Shown here in pieces: positions 58,557-64,000 of a stretch of 64,000 bases of DNA. This DNA comes from Candidatus Moranbacteria bacterium GW2011_GWC2_40_12 (GTDB lineage: Bacteria > Patescibacteriota > Minisyncoccia > Moranbacterales > UBA11712). The stretch spans positions 270,563 through 334,562 of the forward strand of contig LBYD01000002.1 in assembly GCA_000995965.1 (NCBI GenBank), in the 5' to 3' direction. Under the pieces are notes generated by a model. That model did no database searches. It was given only the letters and a program-made list of their open reading frames with translations, and had not been told where the DNA came from. Position 1 is the first letter of the stretch. Every line of letters starts with the position of its first letter. A program made the position numbers and the translations under genes.

Positions 58557-60035
58557 TCATTTCGTGATTCTTTCCGCGAAGCCAATGAAGTGTTCTCCGA
58601 AGATTGCATGGACGACAGCTTCAGAAAAAAGGCCGGGCTTGAACAGAGCTGTTTTCACAAGAAGTTTCCAATATAGCCAGCGCTGTTTCGACAAAAAGCC
58701 GATTTTCCAGAGGCTTCCGAGAAAAGCTTTGATATCTCTCCCGGATATTTTTCCCTTGACCGTTCGATGATAGACTTGAAACTCTGTGTAAATTCTCCCG
58801 TAGTAATTTTTCGGAGAATAAAGTTCCTCGATCAAGAGCTTGTATCCTTTCAAAAGATTCTCCTTACCCATTTTTGGGACGATATTAGTGTCGTTGAAAG
58901 TGTTGTCCCATTTTTTATACCCGTTATCAATGCGGCCCTCTCCGTCAAGTCTCATATAGAGATCGGTTTCCGGCAAGGCAATCAAGGGACCAACCATCGC
59001 GACGACGATACCTGTCAATTCGATAAAATCAGCCATGGCTTTGAAGGCAGCAAGAGTGTCGCTATCAAAGCCGACAATGAATCCAGCCATCACTTTCATG
59101 CCGTGCCGCTGGATGATTTCAACTGAATCGGCGAGGTTTCGTTTGAGGTTTTGATATTTCCCGCAATCTTGCAAGGCTTTCAGGTTTGGGGTTTCAATGC
59201 CGACGAAGACCTGGTGAAAATTCGATTCACTCATGAGCCGCATGAGCTCCTCGTCTTCGGCGATGTTTATGCTGACTTGGGAAAAAAACTTGAAGGGATG
59301 GCCATGCTGTTTTTGCCACGCGATGAGAACGCGCAGAAATTTTTTGGCTGCCATTTTATTGCCGATAAAGTTGTCATCGACAATAAATACAGAGCCGCGC
59401 CAGCCTAATTCATATATTGCTTGCAATTCGGCCATCATTTGAGTTGGCGTTTTTGTCCGCACTTTCTCCCCAAAGATTTTTCTGATGTCACAAAACTCGC
59501 ATTTGAATGGGCACCCGCGTGAAAATTGGATAGACATAGTCGCGTATTTATCCATTTTTATCAGGTGCCACGCTGGGAGAGGCGTTTCGCAAAGATCGGG
59601 AAATTTTTGGCAGGTGTAGCTCGGCAACGCGTTTCCCGCTTCAAGATCCGACAGCAGGGAGGGCAAGACATTTTCCGCCTCGCCCCGGAGGACATGATCG
59701 ACGCCCGGAAATTTTTCCCGAGCCGTGGTGAAAGCGGGGCCGCCTCCCACTACAGTTTTTCCAAAATCCTTGCACCGCTTTATTACCTCGTTGGCGCTTT
59801 GGAGCTGAATGAGCATCGCGCTGACAAAAACAACATCTGCCCATTTTATATGTTCTTCAGTGAGAGGCTCGATATTGATGTCAACAAGCTCTATTTCCCA
59901 TTCTTTTGGGAGCATGGAAGCAATTGTGGGAAGTCCAAGGGGAGGAAAAGCGGCTTCCTTGCCGACAAATGGCAGGGCCCCTTCATATTCCCAGAAAGAC
60001 GGCGGACACTTTGGATAAACAAGCAACGCTTTCAT
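58557..60035 (-). CDS. B12-binding domain radical SAM protein (class B rSAM, DUF4070-type C-terminus)
   Basis: N-terminal B12-binding fold 'MKALLVYPK..', 'FSRGCPFKCEFC' CxxxCxxC cluster. Confidence 0.8.
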   Translation of the reverse strand: MKALLVYPKCPPSFWEYEGALPFVGKEAAFPPLGLPTIASMLPKEWEIELVDINIEPLTEEHIKWADVVFVSAMLIQLQSANEVIKRCKDFGKTVVGGGPAFTTAREKFPGVDHVLRGEAENVLPSLLSDLEAGNALPSYTCQKFPDLCETPLPAWHLIKMDKYATMSIQFSRGCPFKCEFCDIRKIFGEKVRTKTPTQMMAELQAIYELGWRGSVFIVDDNFIGNKMAAKKFLRVLIAWQKQHGHPFKFFSQVSINIAEDEELMRLMSESNFHQVFVGIETPNLKALQDCGKYQNLKRNLADSVEIIQRHGMKVMAGFIVGFDSDTLAAFKAMADFIELTGIVVAMVGPLIALPETDLYMRLDGEGRIDNGYKKWDNTFNDTNIVPKMGKENLLKGYKLLIEELYSPKNYYGRIYTEFQVYHRTVKGKISGRDIKAFLGSLWKIGFLSKQRWLYWKLLVKTALFKPGLFSEAVVHAIFGEHFIGFAERITK

Positions 60036-60151
60036 AGCGCTTTCTCCTTTTTTGAAGTGGGGTTTGCTATTTTAACGGATTTTTCCGATTGATATTTTAA
60101 CGAGCCAAAGCTATATATAATATCAGTTCGTTGAACTGGTGCTTTCGAAAT

Positions 60152-60224
60152 GGGCGACCAGAGGGAATCGAACCCTCGTTCTTGGGACCACAACCCAATG
60201 TCCTGCCATTGAACGATGGCCGCC
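60152..60224 (-). tRNA. tRNA-His (anticodon GUG) with encoded G-1
   Basis: Minus-strand read GGCGGCCATCG...TTGGG-TTGTGGT-CCCAA...GAGGG-TTCGATT-CCCTC-TGGTCGCC; extra 5' G pairs with discriminator C. Confidence 0.75.
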
Positions 60225-60234
60225 ATGTTTTTTG

Positions 60235-60307
60235 TGCGCGCACCAGGGCTCGAACCTGGGACCGTTTGCTTAAGAGGCAACTGCTCTACCAGCTGAGCTA
60301 TGCGCGC
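60235..60307 (-). tRNA. tRNA-Lys (anticodon CUU)
   Basis: Minus-strand GCGCGCATAGCTCAGCTGGTAGAGCA-GTTGC-CTCTTAA-GCAAA...CCAGG-TTCGAGC-CCTGG-TGCGCGC-A. Confidence 0.75.
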
Positions 60308-60423
60308 AGATAAATATTGCCCAGTGTACTGAATAATTAGGTGTAAGGCAACAAAGACTTGTCTCCCGGGGAGGCCCGTCTCCAATGAATTTTCGGCGGG
60401 TAAAAATCTCACCTCCAGTTTTG

Positions 60424-60495
60424 TGTCCCCGCGAGGAATCGAACCTCGATCTAGAGCTTAGAAGGCTCCCGTTCTATCCGTTGAACTACAGGGAC
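60424..60495 (-). tRNA. tRNA-Arg (anticodon UCU)
   Basis: Minus-strand GTCCCTGTAGTTCAACGGATAGAACG-GGAGC-CTTCTAA-GCTCT...CGAGG-TTCGATT-CCTCG-CGGGGAC-A. Confidence 0.7.
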
Positions 60496-60559
60496 AAGCA
60501 TACGAACAAATTATCACATTCAGTGAGTATATCTAATTTAGATGTTGAAGTCAATTATC

Positions 60560-61861
60560 TCACAATCCATTGGCTTTTTTGTATTCTTTCCATTCTTTGC
60601 TTGACCAATCAGACGGTTTTTCAGTTATCTTTTCTTCTCCGGGATGGGGATATTTGGATGGCGAGTCGTAGCTCGATTTGAATTCCGATTTTCGGATGAG
60701 ATTTCCGTCCGCGCCATAGACTTCCTGATAGAGAACCGTTTTCATGGCGCCGCCTGCGCCGCGCGAAGTGATCGTCGGTCCTACAAGCTTTGTCTCACGC
60801 CCGTCTTTGGTTCCATAAAAATCAAATGTGAGCTGAGTCCCTTCGATATGGGTTTGGATGAGGATATATCCCGGCGTATCGTTTACGAAGCGAAGATCGG
60901 GATTGGGAATATATACCGTCGCGTCGGTTCCCTGCGGGGCGTAGTATTGCACCGGGTAGGCGTGGTTGGTGCGGGCGGTGATTTTGAGGCCGGCGTTGAG
61001 CGCCGCCCGAAAGCAAGTCGTTGAAACCTGGCACATTCCTCCGCCGTATTCGGGAATGGTTTTGTCCACCTTGATGACGAGTTCTGGAAGATATCCGGTT
61101 GACTTGTCGACAGGGCCGAGCGTTTTGATGAAAGAGAACTCCTCACCGGGTTTTATCAGCACGCCGTTGAATCGCTTCGCGCCGACTCCAATATTATGGA
61201 TCCGGTTCTTGGGCGAGCCGCGAAAATTGGAAATTCCTGTTGCGATGAGTTCCTTGATGCCGTATTGAGCGACGTCGGAACTTGAAACCTCTGGTTTCAT
61301 GATATTCGTTTCAATTTCGATATCTTTCGCGTAGGGATTTTTTTCGAGTTCCGAGCGGATTTTTTCGAGGCTCTTTTCAGGGTTGATTTCAAATCCGTTC
61401 TTGCTTACGGCAAAGGCGGAAACTTTTCCCTCCGAAAAAGTGAGTTTCGCGTTTTCGGGATTCACGCGAGTCTCATTTTGGGCGTTTTCGAGATATTTCT
61501 TGAGGCTAACCTCGTCAACGGAAAGCCTGGTTGATATTTTGGTGTGATAGCGGTCCCGGATCTGGGTCAGAAAGCGGAAATATATCGTGAGGCTCGGATG
61601 GCTGGACGGAGAAAAATTTATATTCTCGGCTTCGGAGTCGTAGCCCGAATTGATTTTGAGCGACGGGCGGATCCTTATCCAGCCAAGAAGACTGTTTTTT
61701 TCGACGGCGATCTTTTGTCCGCTGAAATGAAAGAAGAGCGGAGAGCCGATCACTTCCTGGACTTTGTCCACTGAAAAATCGCCGAGACTCAACTCTTCGG
61801 CCTGGGTAATCAGCGGAAAACTCAAAAATAAAATTGTAGCAAAAATAATTTTCTGCCTCAT
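60560..61861 (-). CDS. VanW-family protein with signal peptide (start at MRQKIIFATILFL rather than ORF start 61981)
   Basis: 'EYGGGMCQVSTTCFRAALNAGLKITARTNHAYPVQYY' VanW signature; N-terminal signal peptide from Met41 of ORF. Confidence 0.75.
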   Translation of the reverse strand: MRQKIIFATILFLSFPLITQAEELSLGDFSVDKVQEVIGSPLFFHFSGQKIAVEKNSLLGWIRIRPSLKINSGYDSEAENINFSPSSHPSLTIYFRFLTQIRDRYHTKISTRLSVDEVSLKKYLENAQNETRVNPENAKLTFSEGKVSAFAVSKNGFEINPEKSLEKIRSELEKNPYAKDIEIETNIMKPEVSSSDVAQYGIKELIATGISNFRGSPKNRIHNIGVGAKRFNGVLIKPGEEFSFIKTLGPVDKSTGYLPELVIKVDKTIPEYGGGMCQVSTTCFRAALNAGLKITARTNHAYPVQYYAPQGTDATVYIPNPDLRFVNDTPGYILIQTHIEGTQLTFDFYGTKDGRETKLVGPTITSRGAGGAMKTVLYQEVYGADGNLIRKSEFKSSYDSPSKYPHPGEEKITEKPSDWSSKEWKEYKKANGL

Positions 61862-62107
61862 TGTATTTAGAATACTTGAAAATGCATTATTATACAATAT
61901 TACAATATTTATTTTCGGAAATAAATACAATTTAGCATTTTCCCACGGCCGTATAATTTTGCTAATTTTGTGCGTTCTCAATAAAAAACAGGCCGGTCCG
62001 CGACGGAAACGTGTCCGTCGGGATCAGCCTGGGTATAATCCCTTCTAACATTTAATGTTAGGATAATATTATATCAATATTTTCGATATTCTTGCATAAG
62101 AAAACCC

Positions 62108-62140
62108 TGTCCCGAGGGAGGGGGACAGGGTGCTGAGGTT
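62108..62140 (-). terminator. Terminator for purC-like gene (ccctgtccc-cctccctc-gggacaggg + U-run on minus strand)
   Basis: 9-bp perfect stem; minus-strand T-run tttcttatgc. Confidence 0.6.
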
Positions 62141-62161
62141 ACTGTTTCAGTAAAGGTGCCG

Positions 62162-63328
62162 TTAGATTTGATGCTGATGCATTGCCAAACAGCAGCGCAG
62201 ATTACGGCGGCCGGTTTCCAGGACGTTGGCATTCGTCATGGTAACTGTCTTATCGGCGGCAATGTGATAATCGCCCTGGCCGGTCTCCTTTGACCGGAGC
62301 CGAAAGTTCTCTTTGCAGTCATATTCACGCATGCAAGCCAAGGCCAGCTCTTCCATGCCGCGGGCGCGGTATTTGTCTCCCAGCTCCGTCCAGAACGTCG
62401 GGCGCCAGCGGCTACTGTCCGTGGTGCCTTTTTCGTCGCCGAGGCGGACCACGCCTTTTTCCCGGTTGTAGCGGGCAAAGTCCATGAATGCCCGAGGGTT
62501 GAATTCCGGCCATTCCTGCCATTCGTTTCTCCGGCGGCCGATACTGGTCAGAGCCTTACCGAAAAAATAGTCTATGAATTCGTTGAAGTCATGAGGCACA
62601 TAGCCGACCGGGTTAATGGGCAGGCCTTCCGGAAACTGGAAAAATTCAAATTTGTCGTCCGGATGCTGGTAACCGCACCATTTGCCATGCCGGGCGATCT
62701 CGAGGTGCAGTTTCATGGAGATGCCGTAAATATAGTTGGCGACATCGGCGTCGCCGACCGTTTCCGCAAATTCCTTGAGCGTCAAGTTCTGATCCTTATG
62801 GCCTTTCGACGCCTTGGAAGTCGGAGTCAGCATGAGGCGGGGCAACTCGTCGCCGAGCCTCAGACCTTTGGGAATTTCCTGGCCGCAGATTTCGGTTTTT
62901 CCCACGCCAGATCCCTCTAGAGTGTCTCGGACAATGCATTCGACTTTGAATGGGCTTTCCGCCTGAAGATGCAGGGTGCTCCTCAAGAGAATTTCCGGCG
63001 GCAGGAGCCGCGTCAATTCTTTGTGCTCTCCTTCGAGGTCCAATGTAACCTGGTCAATGGGCACAAAGCCACCGACAATTTGGGTGAACAGCTTGTCCAG
63101 GGCCCGGATGATCATGCCTTTTCCCGGATAATGGGCCGGGACATTACCTTCCAAAAGATGCTTTTGGTCAAAGGCGCCGATGAGGTCCCGGACGACCATC
63201 AGTAAGAGGCTATAGAACTCAAAGATGGCTCTGACTTTACCGTCATAATACTTTTTGAGCCCCGGAATCTGGACATCGATCACCGGCGCGGCTGTCAAAG
63301 GGTTCATTCCACCAAAAAGTTTTAACAT
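62162..63328 (-). CDS. purC: Phosphoribosylaminoimidazole-succinocarboxamide (SAICAR) synthase, long form
   Basis: 'VVRLGDEKGTTDSSRWRPTFW' aligns with PurC 'VLGDEFSPDGSRLWD'; 'ECIVRDTLEGSG' with 'ECVVRNRAAGS'; adjacent to purE; GC-rich. Confidence 0.6.
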   Translation of the reverse strand: MLKLFGGMNPLTAAPVIDVQIPGLKKYYDGKVRAIFEFYSLLLMVVRDLIGAFDQKHLLEGNVPAHYPGKGMIIRALDKLFTQIVGGFVPIDQVTLDLEGEHKELTRLLPPEILLRSTLHLQAESPFKVECIVRDTLEGSGVGKTEICGQEIPKGLRLGDELPRLMLTPTSKASKGHKDQNLTLKEFAETVGDADVANYIYGISMKLHLEIARHGKWCGYQHPDDKFEFFQFPEGLPINPVGYVPHDFNEFIDYFFGKALTSIGRRRNEWQEWPEFNPRAFMDFARYNREKGVVRLGDEKGTTDSSRWRPTFWTELGDKYRARGMEELALACMREYDCKENFRLRSKETGQGDYHIAADKTVTMTNANVLETGRRNLRCCLAMHQHQI

Positions 63329-63384
63329 ACTCGTCTTCTCCTCTCCGTTATTAATTATTCCCCGGCTTTTGAGGGGGTTAGGGA

Positions 63385-63963
63385 TTATGCAGGCCAGCCG
63401 TGCTCGTCGGCTAATTTTAGAGCAGCTTTCTCCACGTCCTGGACCATGCCGATACGCTTGTTTTTCAGTTTCAGCTCAAAAAGCTTTTCCTTAATGGCTA
63501 AAATCTGGATGGCAGCAATAGCGGCATTTTTTGCTCCGTTAATGGCCATAGTCATAACGGGTACGCCGGGCGGCATCTGGACAGATGCCAGAAGAGCGTC
63601 CAGGCCTCCAAGCGTCGAGGAAGACGAAGCAAGCGGAACGGCGATGACTGGTAGCGTTGTATGGCTGGCGACAATGCCGGCCAAATGGGCGGCCATGCCA
63701 GCGGCGCAGATAAACACCTTGCAGCCGCGCTTTTCCCATTCTTTTACTGTATCTTCGACTCTCTTTGGTGTGCGATGGCCGGATGCAACAGTGCTGGCAA
63801 AGAGAACTTCATACTCTTCCAGCGTAGCCTTTGCCGGTTCAACCAGAGGTCGGTCGGAAATGCTGCCCATGATAATACCGGCCAAAATAGGATATTTTGG
63901 TGCCATAACATCCTCCATTTTCAGCCCGTTTGCACAGGCCGGGTTCAGGTTATTCCGCATCAT
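63385..63963 (-). CDS. purE: N5-carboxyaminoimidazole ribonucleotide mutase (true start probably internal, MAPKYPILAGIIMGS)
   Basis: 'AGIIMGSISD', 'SGHRTPKR', 'AGMAAHLAGIVASHTTLPVIAVP' canonical PurE motifs. Confidence 0.85.
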   Translation of the reverse strand: MMRNNLNPACANGLKMEDVMAPKYPILAGIIMGSISDRPLVEPAKATLEEYEVLFASTVASGHRTPKRVEDTVKEWEKRGCKVFICAAGMAAHLAGIVASHTTLPVIAVPLASSSSTLGGLDALLASVQMPPGVPVMTMAINGAKNAAIAAIQILAIKEKLFELKLKNKRIGMVQDVEKAALKLADEHGWPA

Positions 63964-64000
63964 GCGGCAATTTTGAAATGTAGAGTAATTTATCCGCTGC

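Noticed and set aside
61764-62048. 94-aa plus-strand ORF
   Set aside because: Overlaps the VanW N-terminal region and promoter-motif region; hydrophobic low-complexity translation; more likely non-coding or sRNA.

Overview
This 64-kb window looks like a chromosomal segment from a low-GC bacterium (~42-48% GC). The gene content is reminiscent of a small-genome Patescibacteria/CPR-like organism, but that is inference only. Both strands are densely coding.

Recognisable core genes:
- rpoB and rpoC, isolated from their usual ribosomal-protein neighbours.
- ftsK, a rodZ-like gene, recA, and the rpsF-ssb-rpsR-efp operon.
- ychF, trpS, secG, RNase J, uvrA and groEL (with no adjacent groES).
- A mannose/GDP-mannose cluster: manC-like, manB, a cupin-type PGI and a cupin-type mannose-6-phosphate isomerase (MPI).
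- A type IV pilus block (pilB, pilC, two prepilins, pilX-like, pilM/N/O) flanked by two histidine-kinase/response-regulator pairs.
- A B12-binding radical SAM protein.
- Eight tRNAs read from the sequence: Pro-UGG, Gly-UCC, Leu-CAG, Arg-UCG, and a minus-strand His-GUG / Lys-CUU / Arg-UCU cluster.

Accessory and unusual content:
- A LAGLIDADG-like endonuclease ORF sits exactly between tRNA-Pro and tRNA-Gly, with a GIY-YIG protein next to it.
- Three small strong-RBS ORFs (6735-7635) are bracketed by a repeated terminator-like motif.
- A ~3.7-kb non-core island lies between rpoC and ftsK. It carries a GC-rich 51-aa transmembrane peptide, a wHTH + Cas2-like protein flanked by 26-bp direct repeats, and an XRE-HTH / ImmA(IrrE) metallopeptidase / unknown-protein operon. 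That operon is the best candidate here for an uncharacterised regulated defence or toxin-antitoxin-like module.
- A perfect palindromic repeat element is present twice: once in-frame inside ychF and once downstream of rnj.
- A partial duplication of the tRNA-Leu 5' end lies immediately upstream of that tRNA.
- An abrupt GC-rich block at the right end (purC, purE) suggests horizontal acquisition or contig chimerism.

No CRISPR array, cas1, integrase or transposase was detected.
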